From Marsupella aquatica (lineage: Eukaryota; Plantae; Marchantiophyta): a stretch of 64,000 bases of DNA. How positions within the stretch are numbered: the first letter of the stretch is position 1; every line of letters begins with the position of its first letter. The position numbers were made by a program, and so were the translations under genes. Location: the NCBI GenBank assembly GCA_973895155.1, contig OZ316897.1, positions 124,001-188,000 on the forward strand, given 5' to 3'. Of the stretch, positions 36,450 to 49,809 are shown piece by piece. The notes under the pieces were generated by a model, which worked only from the letters and a program-made list of their open reading frames with translations, did no database searches and had not been told where the DNA came from.

Positions 36450-39400
36450 ATGAGTAAATTTATGCGAGGGGATGAAGTTTCATTGATAATTGATGGTTTT
36501 GAAGTGGCAATTGGGACCATCCAAAAGGTTGATCCCAAAGACACTATACACAATATTTGTCTTGGGAAAAATCGAATTGGGGTCCTTATCGAGAGGTGTC
36601 TTGAAACATCTTGTCCACTACCATTTCCATCCAAAACATCATCGAGCCTAGGTGATGCAGTTGACTCGTGTGTGATCTGGGATTCTTCCTTGGCATATTT
36701 GAGGTCTTCAACATTGCCGAAAAGAACCGCTGTGGATGGTGTTCCTACTCCAGTGGACGGGGATGAAGGATGTTCCGAAATGGACGTTGGTGGTAAAGGA
36801 GGCAACCTTGCTGAAGGAGAGGAGGTTGAGATGTTCATTTTAGATGAACTTGTATCAAAAGGAGTTGTCTTCAATACCAATCCAATGGACACTTGTCATA
36901 GTGAACGACTCGGTGTTGGCCGTGTTAGTATACAAATATCAGAGGTTGTTCAGGGAAATAGAAAATTACCGTATCCGCATCTTGGAGCTGACACAGTGCA
37001 AGAGGCAATGCAGACTTGGGTAATGTGGGATGTTGTTGATGTTTCAAGAAAAGGCTCTATTCGAGGTTCTGGCATGTTTGTTGGTGCAAACCCGGGTGCA
37101 AACCTGTTTAAGGATCTTCCATTGAAAGATTTTACAATGCGTTCCAACTGGATGGCAGAGGAAGTTGACTTGTATGATGTTTCTCGTTGTCGTAAGGTTG
37201 CGACAGGGGTTATCACAGTTCCTTTTGAAGCAGGTGCTGTTGATGATGAACTTCTTGGTCCAGAGCATGTGGGTGTAGCTGTTGTGAATATCAACGATCC
37301 CGCATTATTTCCAAATATCCATGCTGGTACTCCAGGTTTGGTGAGGTGGGAAATCAAATCTTTGTTGTTGATTTCATCTCAAATGTTTCTCGGGGATATC
37401 CTTGAGAAAGGTTCACATGTGTGGATAGAATCGGGTCGAAATGAGAGCGACCCGGATTTGGATGGTGATGGGAAACCTCCAAAAAGACCTTATAATTAGA
37501 AGGACCAAAGTGGATCTGGAGGAGAAAAAAAAACATTTGCAATCAAGGGCGCTTTTGAAAATCACCGAGGAGTCCATTGATTCCATCCAAAGAGAAGGTT
37601 GTTGCAGGTTAAAGTGTTGCTTGAACATGCTAAGAGAGGACTTGGAGGCAATGAAGAGGGAATTCCATGGAATGTCAAGTGACAACAAAACAAGTCATAT
37701 CTTCAATCTTTTTGGGTGTAGAGAAGACCAAGTCAAGAGAAAAGGATTTTTTGTTCTAAAGGGACGTGTGGTTTGTAAGGATGCGTTCATAAAAATGCAT
37801 GGGTTTAGTACGGCAAAGTATTATGATTACAAAAATCAGTACGAAGCTGGGTGCACAATTGGTTTCCATGGAAATCAAGGGCAACATAAGACACGATCAA
37901 GCACCTTGCATGCTCGTGCATTGTTGGAGTCCATTTTAATCCAAAATGGAGAACCAATGCCACATCTTCCCTATGGTGGGTCCAACGACACCGATACTGT
38001 CGAATATCGACTCTCATCATGTTTCACTAAGAAGGAGATTTTTCAAGAGGTATTTGCAAAGATGGAATTGGACGGCTATGCTAAGGTTACTGAAGTTACC
38101 ATGTACAACATCTGGAAAAATTCTTTTGATAATTTTGACTTTCACAAGGGCAGTGCATTTGCCAAGTGCACATTTTGCACTGAGTTCAAAGATCAATTGA
38201 TGCGGGAGAAGAGAAAAAAAGAGCGTGCAGAGATTGAAGAGAAAAGAGCACGACATCTTCGTGAACAAATGTCAAGGAGATATGTTTACTATGCTCATAG
38301 GGTTCTTGCAAAGAAGGATCCTCAAAACTATCTTTGCATTATTCATGATAAGATGGACCAAGCCAAGACTTGGATCCCCAGATTGGTCCCCACTCCAAAA
38401 TCTCTCTCTGGTAGTGGTCAACCTCTGCCCATTGCCCTTACTGGGATGTTAACCCATGGAAGGGATCCAGGAGTGTATGCACACTTTAGTTTGATTGGCC
38501 TTTGGCCTGGAGATGCAGACTTCACTGTGACATCTTTGGCCAAATGCCTTCGAGATTTGGAGGATTACACTGGAGACAAAACGGGAGACATGCTTGAAGC
38601 TTTCAATTGGAACGCAACTAGGCCAATATTTCAGTCTCTTTTGGACTTTGAAGCATTTCAAGCGGGTTACTTGGAACCCAAAAATATTTCAATTCTCAAG
38701 TTTCAAGGCCTTGATGACGGTCAGGAGAGCCAAAAAACCAGCACAACAGATGCTGGTTCTAGAGTTGATCCTGAGACTACGAGCTCTTTCAAGCCCTTAC
38801 CAAGGCACCTAACACTGCAGATGGACAATTCAGGAAAAGATAATAAAAATCAATATGTGATGGCATTTTGCAGCGAGCTTGTTAGCAGGGGGTGTTTGAA
38901 ACTGTGCAAATGTCATTCCTCATGGTTGGCCACACCCATGAGGATGTGGATGCACTATTTTCTCAAGTATCCAAACAGGTCAGGTACAAAGAGGTTGCTA
39001 CCCTCCTTGCGTTGATGGCTGAGGTTTGGGAGTGTGAAAGCATCTATCCCGTACCACGATTGATTCAGGAGGTTGCATCTTACAAGCACTATTTGAAGGC
39101 TTTCCAAGTGAAAGAGATTGAAGGTCACTCAAAACCAGTGGCATTTCTATTCTCCATGAGGGATAATGTGCAAGTGTATCAATATAAAGCACATGTCAAA
39201 CAACCTTGGCTTCCAGCAACAGGGAGGTCAATTTGGAGAACTGATCTCATCACAAACACGCTCATTTTACCGGAGGGCCAACCATTTGCAAAACCTATAT
39301 CGGGGGAGGTACAAAAGAAAGCCGAGGAAATCATCCCATTCCTTAATCGTTACATTGATTTCTTGAGGAAAAGTTGCAAGGATGAGACCTCTGCAGCATA

Positions 39401-40178
39401 CCGCGAGAGATTTCCTTTGGTGAAATATTGGGAGAGGCTTGTTATGGCACTCTCTGAGGCACTTACAATAGAAGGGGAGGGAGAAAGACAATTGTCATTG
39501 ACAACTGATTTCTGGCCAAAGTCTAACCATGGCACAGGTTACAAGGTGATTTTGGGGACCTCTCAACCTTCAAGTGAACCTACTCAAAATTCAGAGATGA
39601 TGGACCTTCAAAATGAGTACATGGAAGAGATGGAAGGTCAAGCTGCACCCTTCATTGGTGCACGAGAAGAGCGAGAACTTGCACGTTGGATTCCCCTACA
39701 AGATATTCAAGAGGGTCACTTTGTGTTTTTACGTCCAGAGGATGAATGGGAGCAAAAAAATGGCAAAGGGCGTTTCTGGTTAGTTCGAGCTTTGGGTGGT
39801 GTGGATCCAAACCATGAGGTTTCTTCACTAGATTTGAAATTTAGTGAAGGGTCTTCTTCAAGGTTTTCTAAGAGCATTCACCTAAGTAGCATTCCTAAGT
39901 GGTATGCTCCTATGTTCCAAGTGCAATGGTGGAGGCCTAAACATGGTAAGCATGATGCAAAGGATGATGTTCGATACGAACGTTGCTTTCAGACCACTAA
40001 GACTTGGGAGCTAGATCCTGGGTTTAACACTATCACTCAAAGTTGGCAGTTTGCAAATTCTGCAATGTATGGGTTTAAGTCAGGTGCCAAAGAACAAAAT
40101 ATTATGGATAGAGGTTTGACAATTCCCAAGAATGTTTTGAAAACTCTCAAAACTTACATGGAAGGTATTGATGAGTAG
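36450..40178 (+). pseudogene. Transposase gene with two frameshifts: three tandem Tnp1/En/Spm-like domains, Cys/His region, DDD-type catalytic core, C-terminal beta-barrel-like domain
   Basis: Three repeats of EVxL...VAxGxI...LG...VGVxI...LPxP...VxW in 36450-37499; AFAKCTFC; IIHDKMDQAK, LQMDNSGKDNKN and FLMVGHTHEDVDALFS. ORFs overlap at ~37497 and ~38892. Confidence 0.85.
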
Positions 40179-40926
40179 AGTGATAGAGTGGTCACAAGTG
40201 TCCACTATGTAATGACTTGTAGGTAGGAGGGTCAAGTTAATTTCCATGCATTTATCTAAAGTAAGTGAGAGAACAAGGCTTGCAATCAAATACTCTATGA
40301 TCTTTCTTAGTTATTGAATGGACTTTTTGATAATTATTGTTATTTTTGTCTTAGTACATATATTTCTAGAAAATGATGGCAGTTCTAAGTTACTTGGATG
40401 TCATCCTAGTTTGAATATAAGATATTTGACTTGTCTAGCATTTCATTGTTGCTTAGATAATGATCCTATCCAAGCTAGATGTTTTGAGTATAGATGCTAT
40501 CTAAGCTTATGTGTTATTACACACGTTCTATCTATTTTCAACCAAATGAACACTTTTTATCACCCAAATGTTTTTTAATATTATCCAAATTAATATTTTC
40601 TTTGCCCAAATGTCTATTTTTTTGCCCCAAATTTATAATTCATGATGCTTAAATTTTCATTTTTCATCCTTCAAATTTACAATTCTTATGCCTAAAAGTG
40701 TGTTTTTAAATGCCCAAATTTCCAAATCTTCTTTATAATTCCACTTTTAATGAATATAGTGATCTACCGGGAAGATGCGTCAGACCGGTTGTACAAGAAG
40801 TCTCTCTTGATGAGCCTCAGGCTCAAGGAAGGGAGCAAGCTGCAGGATCACCTGGATGAGTTTGACAGTCTAGCAGTGGATCTGTCAAACTTGGATAAGG
40901 GAGTTGAAGATGAGGATAAGGCCTTG

Positions 40927-43900
40927 TGTCGCACCCCTACCCTGGGCCTTAAATCCGGGTTAGTGTCGTGGTGCGACCTCGACCACCAGTAGGGGTGAGG
41001 GTTCGGGCAAGGAGGTGTGTAGTGACCTTCATTAGCCCTAAGCCGGGCTAAACCGCTATACTTACTAGTATAACACTCGCATAATTCGTACTTGACATAG
41101 GTATATTTATTTTCCACCGCTGGAATTTTCCCTCAGTTAGTGACGCGGACTAACTCCCGACTTGGGGCTTTTCAAGCCATCGACGTGACAGGAACTTGTG
41201 ACATGCAATGAGTGGCAATCCCTACCATTAGTCCGCACCCGGTACGTCCCTTAAAATGGCACCTTTGCCCGGACAAAGCATACACACAACACCAGTTACT
41301 CTCAGAAACATTAGGGGGAAAAGACTACATTTACTCAGCGAAGCATCAGTTTACATGGTTGACTCGACTTCAAAGGGGGTCAGCAGGCCCAACGGCAGTC
41401 GATGCCCAGTCTCTACGAGGCCCTGCCTTGCACTTGCCCAGAAAGCTCGACTCTGGCTCTCACTCCTTGGTACGCTCTGACCCTACTCAGGCCGGGACTC
41501 CCCGTGCCTCGCCTTTCTTCTGCTGAGATAACTAAGCCTTCTCCCCCTTCCCATCGCGGAAGGGGAAGCCTAAATACTACCATAGCGGAAGAGAACCGGA
41601 GGATACTACCTTCCGGGGTACTACCTACTGACTAACTAACTGCTGACTACTGGTCGCGCTGCACTGACCGGTTGACCGTCGACTACGAGTGTGCCAACCG
41701 GAATGGCAGCGGCCAAGCCTACTGACAAACTCTAGTCCATTGATGGACTCAATCCTACGTTGGCTGATCCTAACTGACCGGCCCTAATTCTTCCTACTGC
41801 CGCTAATCGGCGCCTAATGACAGTCATTCTGTCGTTACGCCTAACTAAAAGATGCCGCTGACTTAACCGCATCGCGCGGCGCCTGCTTCTACCCTTCGCT
41901 AACTACCCCTTACGTGTGTGCAGTGGTTGGACCAGGGCTGGTCCCCTTGTCGGGGTGAGACCTCGAGCCGCCTTGATCAGAGGTGGGCCCAGGTTTTCCC
42001 CGCTGGAGGACGAGCAGGGTGACGCGGTCCTGCAAAGCCTTGTTGTCCCGTAATGCTTCCTCCGCCTTGTTTGCAGCTTCATCGGCTTCAGTCTGGAGCC
42101 GCGCCACCTCCAAGTTGAGCTGGTCGATGGCGTCGCGATGGACCTGGTCCTGCGCTAGCAATTTATCTCGTTCGGCGGAGAGACTAGCCACCTGCTGTGC
42201 TGCCTGTAGGAATTGTTTGTTGAGGTCGGTCAGGCTGGTAACCCGAGCCAAAGATTCTGAGCGTAATTGAAGCACGATGTCGTCCAGCTTCTTGAGTTTG
42301 GCCTGCGCTCCGCTTAACTCCTGGGTTAGTCCGTCCCTCTGTTCAACAGTGCGGAGTAAATCCTCGCGGCGGGTCGTTGCCTCTTCCTCGAGGTGCTCTA
42401 CCAGCATCTGGAGACGCCCGATCTCATTCCCCTTCGCCATGAGTTCTTCTTCCAAGCGGCTGACGATCCGTGGTTGGTGCTCTAACATGAAGAAGGCTGG
42501 CTGAAAGTACACCGAGACTTGTTGTCCGATGTATGTCGCCAACTCCCCAGACATAGTCTGGCTAAACTTCTGGACCAGGTCGTAGGCCATGGTCCCCGGG
42601 GCTACTTGGTAGTCCTCCATCCTCTCAGGTACCGGTGGTTCCTCGGCAGGGGCAATGAGCTCCTCCGTAGTCAGCGCTGGGGAGGGAAAGGTTTCTTCAG
42701 GTGGTGGAGGGATTGGGGGTGGTTGTACTGCAGGTAGCGGAGGCTCAACGGAAGGAGGCGGTGGAATTTCCACAGGGGGCGGTTGCGGAGTATTAGTCGG
42801 GGCTTCCGGCTCGGGGTTTGTCCGAGGGACATTAGTCCGCGTAGTCGGGGTTGCCTCCTCTGGGGCAGGGGTGACATTACCCGGGGCTGAGGTGGCCGTA
42901 TTCTTTCCTCTGGCCTCCCGCCGTGCCTTGTACCAGGCGAGGATAATGGCGATATGACTTCCCAAGTAAGTCTTCCCTCCAATAGCCATACCACCCTGAG
43001 CCCGCTTCAGCTCCTCCGAGAATCTTTGGTAGAAGAATTGGGCCCAGTTTCGTCGTTTGTACTGTTCCACCTGCACTATCGTGCAGAGGGAAATCTCGGA
43101 TCGTGGCTCAATCATGTGTAGGGTAGTCCGTATGAAGTTAAGCCGCTCCATACAGGTTAAGTTGGTGCACGCCCCCTGCTTGTATCCGTTGTCCGTCTTA
43201 CCCTCGGGTTTGAAGTGCCGCGGCGTATACTCCTTATCCCGAATTCGGATTTCCACCGGCACCGGCCCGGTTGGTAGGCCGAAAATTTGTGTTAGCCGAT
43301 GCTCCGTGAGTGATAAGGTCTACCCCGAAACCTTGGTGGTCGACGCATCAGTGTCGAAATTGGAGATGAACTCACAAATCTCCTTCGGCCCGGCGGCGCA
43401 CGGCCTCCATAGTAAGTGGGCGAACCGCTCCAACTGATGCTCCTTGAGATAGTCCGCATGTTCGAGTTTCTTGATCGCGATCCAGACTACCTCGGGGACG
43501 CGGATTACTTGTAATAAGTTGGACTTCGGGTTATCTGGGGGCCGTCGGGTCTGGTTGGTCGGGGGGTTTGCCGGGGCAGGTGCAGGCGCGGTGTCGGTCC
43601 GTGTTGATTCGGGGACCGTCGTAGTCCTTGACCGCTTACGAGGACGCTGTTCGAGTTGCGAACTAGCTCGCTCGGAACCCGAAGAACACTCCGCGTTGAT
43701 TACTGGACGGACTTGGGACTGGTTCGGCGGTACTCTGGTGGTCATCGGTTGAGGCGCTGGGGTAGCCATATCCCAGTTGAAGGCGTTGGAGCTTTCCCCG
43801 AGGAACGTGAGATTACGCGCCGCTTCCCGTTGTCTGCTGATGTCTTCTTGGCACTTTTTGGCTGCGATCTGCTGGTCTAGGTACCCCGGAATCTTGTCGA

Positions 43901-44752
43901 ACTCCGCTTGAGTAAGCCGCTGGTTGCCCTTCAGCTTAAAGAACTTAGCTGGAACCTCAAGAATCGCCTCTGCTACCGATCTAAGCCCTTTTTCGCTGAG
44001 ATATAGTTCGGTGATGTAGTCTCGCAGCTCGTTATAGCTAGAATCCCTGGTGATGGCTGTCCTTTCGCAATTAACCAGTGCTACCTTGGTTACCAGCTTC
44101 GCGTACCTTCGTTTGTAAGCGGCTTTCTTGGGGCAAGAGTACCAGTAAGTCTCGGAGAACTTAGCACCTACCTCGCTAAACAAGGTCCAAAATCCCAAGG
44201 CTGTGAGGGTCATACTAACCTCGTAGTCCGGTTCGTTGCGTCCACGTTCCCACCTGGCTGGTCCTTTTTCGCGGAGGCCTCGCTCGTCCTGACTAAATCT
44301 CGCCACATTCCGCTCTTCTCCCTCGATAATTTCCTCGTAAAGGTCGACTGGATTCAATCAAAAAGGCGAGCGGATGGCAGCGTCCGTGAATTCCAAAAAG
44401 GTAAACGTGAGCGAATGGCCCGCAGTGCCATCGGCTCTTCTCTTATGGGGGTGCCCGGACGAGCCCGAGCATGAGAAGGTCAGGCCGTTTGGTCATTGAT
44501 AACGAGCTGAAGTCGGTGTCTCGGTCCAAGCGTGATTCTTCTAACTGATTTTTACTCCGCTGTCGCCACCGTACCTCGGTCGTGCGTAATAATCTCATAA
44601 TTATTTGGTTATCTTAACCTACTCCTAATCTAATCATAATGGCAACTTGGCGGCTATACGTGCTATTCTACGCTATGGCTACGGTCCTTATGACCGTATA
44701 AGTCCTAATCTTCGACCTGGGTTCGGTCAAGTGACATGTTGCCCGTGTCACA
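40927..44752. mobile_element. 3826-bp TG...CA insertion with 5-bp TSD CCTTG; probable giant gypsy-type solo LTR
   Basis: Begins TGTCGCACCC and ends GTGTCACA; CCTTG at 40922-40926 and 44753-44757. No terminal direct repeats, PBS, gag or pol seen inside. Confidence 0.85.
41910..44357 (-). pseudogene. ~815-codon retrotransposon accessory ORF with one in-frame TAG (43322-43320): plant mobile/Athila-ORF-like domain, Pro-rich tract, coiled coil
   Basis: ORFs 43320-44357 and 41910-43262 are in the same frame, 19 sense codons apart. EFISNFD...KVSG*TLSLTEHRLTQIFGLP and NWAQFFYQRFSEEL resemble plant retroelement accessory domains. Confidence 0.7.
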
Positions 44753-47700
44753 CCTTGCTTTGGCTAAGCTCCTTACCGCCATCTTATCAGGGCTTGAAAC
44801 AGGTGCTCTTGTACAGAGATCTGAAGTCCATTTTGTATAATGAGGTGGTGAGCTCTTTACTGTCTGATGATGCTCAGAAAAAGTTGGGTCAATCACAGAC
44901 AGTATCTTCTTCAGGCACTGCGCTGAACGTGAACCGTGGAAGACCAGCGCAGCACACAAATGGGCAGAATAGGTTTAGATCTACATCATGAGGAAGATCT
45001 AAATCTAGAGGGAAATCGCAAGAGAGGAAGCCTCTTGCATGTTGGAATCGTGGCAAGCCTGGCCACATGAAAAGGGATTGTCGAGTAAAGGACCCTACTG
45101 CATCTGCTAACGCGGCATCGAGCTCGCATGAGGTAGATTTACTTGATGATGATGACATATTGTGATGCCAAGGTTATGCTCTCAACATAGTGTCAAATCC
45201 ACGTAGTGATGACTGGATTGTAGATAGTGCATGTACTTTTCACATTTGCTCTAAGAGAGATTTTTTCAATTCTTACACGGTTTCCAATGGGTCAGTGTTG
45301 ATGGGAAATGGAATCCCATGTCAAGTAGTTGGACTTGGATCTGTTAGATTTTAGATGTTTGATAGTGCTATGAGAATGTTGAGGAATGTGAGACATATTC
45401 CCAGCATGATGAAAAATCTAATTTCACTTGGAGTTTTAGAAGCAAATGGCCATCAATGGAGTTTTGCTAATGGTGTCCTTCAGGTTTCAACTGGTACTAA
45501 AGTTGCATTGAAGGGAAAGAGACATAACAATCTATACATTTTGGAGGGCAATGTAGTCTGTGATGAAGCCAATGTAACCTCATCTCATGAGGAGACGGCC
45601 CGGCTGTGGCACTTCCATTTGGGCCACATGAGTGAAAAATGTTTGGTTATTCTTAAAAAAAAAGGATTACTTTCTAATTTGCAATCTTGTAAGTTGGAAT
45701 TCTGTGAGCACTGTGTGCTTGGGAAGTAGCACAGGAAACCCTTCGGAGTTGGAACTCACACCAGCAAGGAGGTACTTGAGTATGTACATAGCGATGTGTG
45801 GAGTCCAGCCCCTACTCCCTCACATTTTGGACGGTTATACTATATCACGTTCATAGACGATTACTCAAGGTATGTGTGGATATGCTTTCTACACAATAAG
45901 TTTGATGTTTTTGCCACTTTTAAGGAGTGGAAAGCCCAAATAGAGAATCAGATTGGTAATAAGGTGAGATATCTTCGATCTGATAATGGCGGTGAATACA
46001 GTTCCGGGGAATTTGGAACGTATTGTAAGGAGCAGGGGATTACCCGTCATCTCACAACAAGTTATACTCCTCAATAGAATGGTATTTCTGAGAGACTCAA
46101 CCAAACACTATTGGACCGCTCGAGGAGTATGTTGAGTCAATCATGCTTACCACATGAGTTTTGGGTGGAAGCTGTCAACACTGCAGCTTATTTGGTAAAT
46201 TTTTCTCCATCCAGTTCTATTGGATTCAAGACGCCATTTGAAATGAGGTACGGGCATCCAGTAGATTACTCACATCTGAGGATTTTTGGATGTGATACTT
46301 ATGTGCTTACACCTTCCCAGCTTTGATACAAGCTGGAGTCCAAGTCAAAGAAGTGCATTTTCCTTGGCTATCAGAAAGGTGTGAAGGGTTATAGGTTATG
46401 GGATCCAGTAACCTGTAAGCTAATTGTCAGTAGAGATGTGTCCTTTAATAAATCCAGATCATCAAAGGTGGGGGAGAGTTCTCAGGACTCCCATACTGAC
46501 AAGGGGAAATCTCCCATCCCGGACCAGGTTGAGGGGGAGATTAGTCATGATGTTGTTCATGACAAGAGAGATGAAGAAGCTCCAGGATAGGAGCTGGTTC
46601 CTATGATGGAACAAGAGGAGCAGATTGTTGCTGGGATACCTCAAATTCAGCCAGCAGCAGCAATAGATCAGCCTAAACCATCTACTAGAAGAACTTCCAG
46701 TCGTTCAACTAGAGCTCCTACCAGGTATGGTCAATGGGCAGACTCATCTAAGCTAGATGATATTGACATTGCACCTGATGATGATGACATGGCTTTGATC
46801 TTGGAAGAATGAGAGCCTTCGTCGTACAGTGAGGCTTGTGCTTCAGAGCATAAGCATGAGTGGAATGCAACAATGCAGAGGGAGTTACAATCTTTGAGTA
46901 ACAACAAGACATGGGAGCTGGTGGAGCTTCCAAGAGGTCAGCAAGTGGTGGACAACAAGTGGATTTACAAGTTGAAAGACAGTCCTTCAGAGGGTGGAGA
47001 CAAGATCTATAAGGCAAGGCTTGTTGCCAAGGGATTCACTTAGGAGAAAGGAGTGGATTACAATGAGATATTTTCACCAGTGGCTAAGTATTTCACAATT
47101 CGGATCTTGTGTCAGCTTGTTGTGTTTTTTGGTCTGGTGATGGATCAGATGGATGTTGTTACTGCTTTTCTCTATGGCAACTTGGAAGAGATGATCTTCA
47201 TGAGACAACCAATAGGCTTTATGAAAAAGGGCCAAGAGAACTTAGTTTGCAGATTGCTTAAGTCCTTGTATGGATTGAAGCAATCTCCCAGACAGTGGAA
47301 CAAGCGGTTTGATGATTTCATGTTTGCTCAAGGTTTTACAAGGATGATGTATGATCCTTGTGTGTATACAAAATCAGTCAAGAATGATGTATCTGGTTTC
47401 ATCATTCTGATGATCTATGTGGATGACATGCTGATTGTGGCTAAAGATCAATCTGAGGTTGACAGTCTCAAGGCGAAATTGAGTGTTGAATTCAGGATGA
47501 AGAATCTTGTTAAGGCCAAGAGGATCTTAGGGATGGAAAATTTTTAGGAACTCTGATACTGGACAGTTGTGCTTGAGTCAAGGCCAGTATGCGAGGAAAG
47601 TACTTGCACGATTCAACATGGAGAACTGTAAGCCAGTGAGTATTCCTTTAGCTTCACATTTCAAGTTATCATCGGCTTTCTCTCCAACGGATGCTGTGGA

Positions 47701-48396
47701 GAAAGGTCTGATGGCTAAGATTCCTTATGAGAAGGCAGTAGACAGTCTGATGTATTTGATGACTTGTACTAGGCCTGACTTGGCCTAGCGATGGGCAAGG
47801 TTAGCAGATTCATGTCAAATCCAGGGAAGGTACATTGGGATGCTATGAAGTGGATTCTCAGGTATCTGAAGGAAACACAGGACTATGGATTACTATTTGA
47901 TAACAGATCAGATAGAACATTGGTTGGCTATGTAGATTCTGACTATGGACGCTGTCTGGAGACAAGGAGGTCTACAACTGGGTTTGTATTTACTCTTGGA
48001 GGAGACTGTATCAGTTGGAAATTTACCTTACATAAGTGTATATCTCAATCTACTACAGAAGCAGAGTATGTTGCAGCAGCAGAAGTAGCAAAGGAAATAA
48101 TTTGGTTGGACCCCGGGTTGGACAAGTTGATCACGGAGATGGGTTTAGAGCATGGCAAAATGTCTCTAAACTGTGATAGTCAGAGTGCTCTTCACTTGGC
48201 TGCTAACCAGGTGATGGATAGTAGGGTGAAACACATTGATATCAGGTACCATTTTATCAGGCAAGCAGTGTTTGATAAAACTTTTGAGCTAGTCAAGATT
48301 GATGGAAAGCTCAATCCCGCGGATGCTTTTACCAAAGTGATTCCTTTGGAGAGTTTCTCAAAACACCGTGCTACTTTGCAGGTTTTGCAGTTGTAG
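44753..48396 (+). pseudogene. Copia gag end and pol (zinc knuckle, protease, integrase, RT, RNase H) with many stops
   Basis: CWNRGKPGHMKRDC, WIVDSACTFH, ARLWHFHLGHMS...CEHC, FIDDYSR, LRSDNGGEY, QMDVVTAFLYG, IYVDDML, CDSQSALHLA...KHIDIRYHFIR, in copia domain order. Confidence 0.96.
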
Positions 48397-48947
48397 TACA
48401 AGTAGAGTTATTTAGCAATATGTGACTATTTGTATATGGATTACTCATTCCTGTTTGACTACGGCTTAGTTCTAGTTAACCCTTAGTTAACCCTTGTGGT
48501 TTTTAGGGGGAGACCTGGTTTGGTGATTGTCTAGAACTTCCCGTTGAGGATTCCATATGGTAGCATTTAGTCCAGTCCCCAAGACAAGAGTCAAGGGGGA
48601 GTTTGTTAGATATTGCTCTAGTCTTGTGACTCATGAGCTAACCACAGTTAGTCTAACTTGGGTTAGGATTTAGCTAATGTTAGCGCTAGTGTTGTTGTGT
48701 ATTAAGCCAGGGCTGATGCAAGACCCTGGTGGAACTTAGGCTCATTGTTACGGAGCTAGTTGAGAGATAGGGAAAGCTTGTGCTGTGGATGCTTGGTATG
48801 GCCGGTCGGCCTAGAGTGCAGTAAAGCTCTTGTGTGTTCTTGTGGAAGTAGCCTCATGTGGAGGTGAACCACGTATCTCTCTGTGTCGACTCTTGTGCGT
48901 TGGATGGTTCATGGGCTTGCAGTTGCGAATGTCGTCTATGCTCAACA

Positions 48948-49783
48948 CCAACCAAACCCCCTAAGCTCAAACTCCCTCAACTTGAACCATTTTGCCATCA
49001 AGCTTTCCCACTTGCTGGAAAAATTTATCGGGGGGGTTTCCCTTTGTCTTTTCATACACTACTCTTATTATTGTATTGAGTCTTTTTTGTCTTCCGCACT
49101 TTTTTGTCCTCACCTCTATTGACGTTCAAAGAATGGGTAATTCTTATTATTTCATCAAATATATTGTGTCTCAAGGACTTTTTGGTCCTCATCTCTATTG
49201 ACGCTCAAAGTACAGGTAGTCTGAGCTAGTTACAATGTAAGCAACGCACCGCTCACATCAGAGTGACCCAAACCTTGACCCTTGGTTACCTCAATCCAAA
49301 TTGTCCACCCACAACCCTCCTCCACCTTGAACCCTGCATTAGGCGACCCAAAATACTAAAATCTCAACCCTCAAACCTTCACCCTTCGTCATCTGAACCC
49401 AAACTGTCCACGCACAACCCTCACAACCCAAACCATCATGGCATTCCATGTGGAGTGACTCCCGAATAATTCAGACTTACCTCATAAAACATTTTGAATG
49501 GGTTGCCGTGGCGATTGGGTCTTGAGACAATTGAAGAGTCGTGAAGTGTGGATGTATTCTCTGAGTGATGCAGATAGTTGTGGCTTTTGTGGCTTTTGAG
49601 AATCCTCAGGTTATCATAGTGCAGTCAGATCTCTTTGTTTACCTCAACTCTATTATTGGATCAGCAGCACTACTGCTTTGAGGAAACTGTTTGGCATTCA
49701 ATCCCCAGTCGAATCGCAGTTCGAATTTGCAATACGCAGTTCGGCTCAGTTAGCTGGGCTCAGTTCAGCTGAATGCAAGTGAC
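48948..49783 (-). mobile_element. Upstream part of the gypsy remnant interrupted by the copia (possible 5' LTR starting TGTCAC at 49783)
   Basis: The C/A-rich texture continues across the CCAAC TSD; LTR boundary is tentative. Confidence 0.45.
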
Positions 49784-49809
49784 AGATCAGGTTTAATAAT
49801 GCCACCTCG

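Larger units (their letters stand above)
28378..40761. mobile_element. 12.4-kb CACTA/CMC-like DNA transposon with two divergently oriented genes
   Basis: Imperfect 23-bp TIR (CACAGTATTCATTAAAACTGGAA / CACTATATTCATTAAAAGTGGAA), apparent 2-bp TSD AT, AT-rich subtermini, clean interruption of copia gag. Confidence 0.92.
25814..48947 (+). mobile_element. Full-length degenerate Ty1/copia retrotransposon with two nested insertions
   Basis: 344-bp LTRs at 25814-26157 and 48604-48947 (TG...CA; about 21 mismatches by eye, ~6%); 5-bp TSD CCAAC on both sides; PBS TGGTATCAGAGC (tRNA-iMet) at 26160; PPT AAGGGGGAG before the 3' LTR. Confidence 0.97.
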
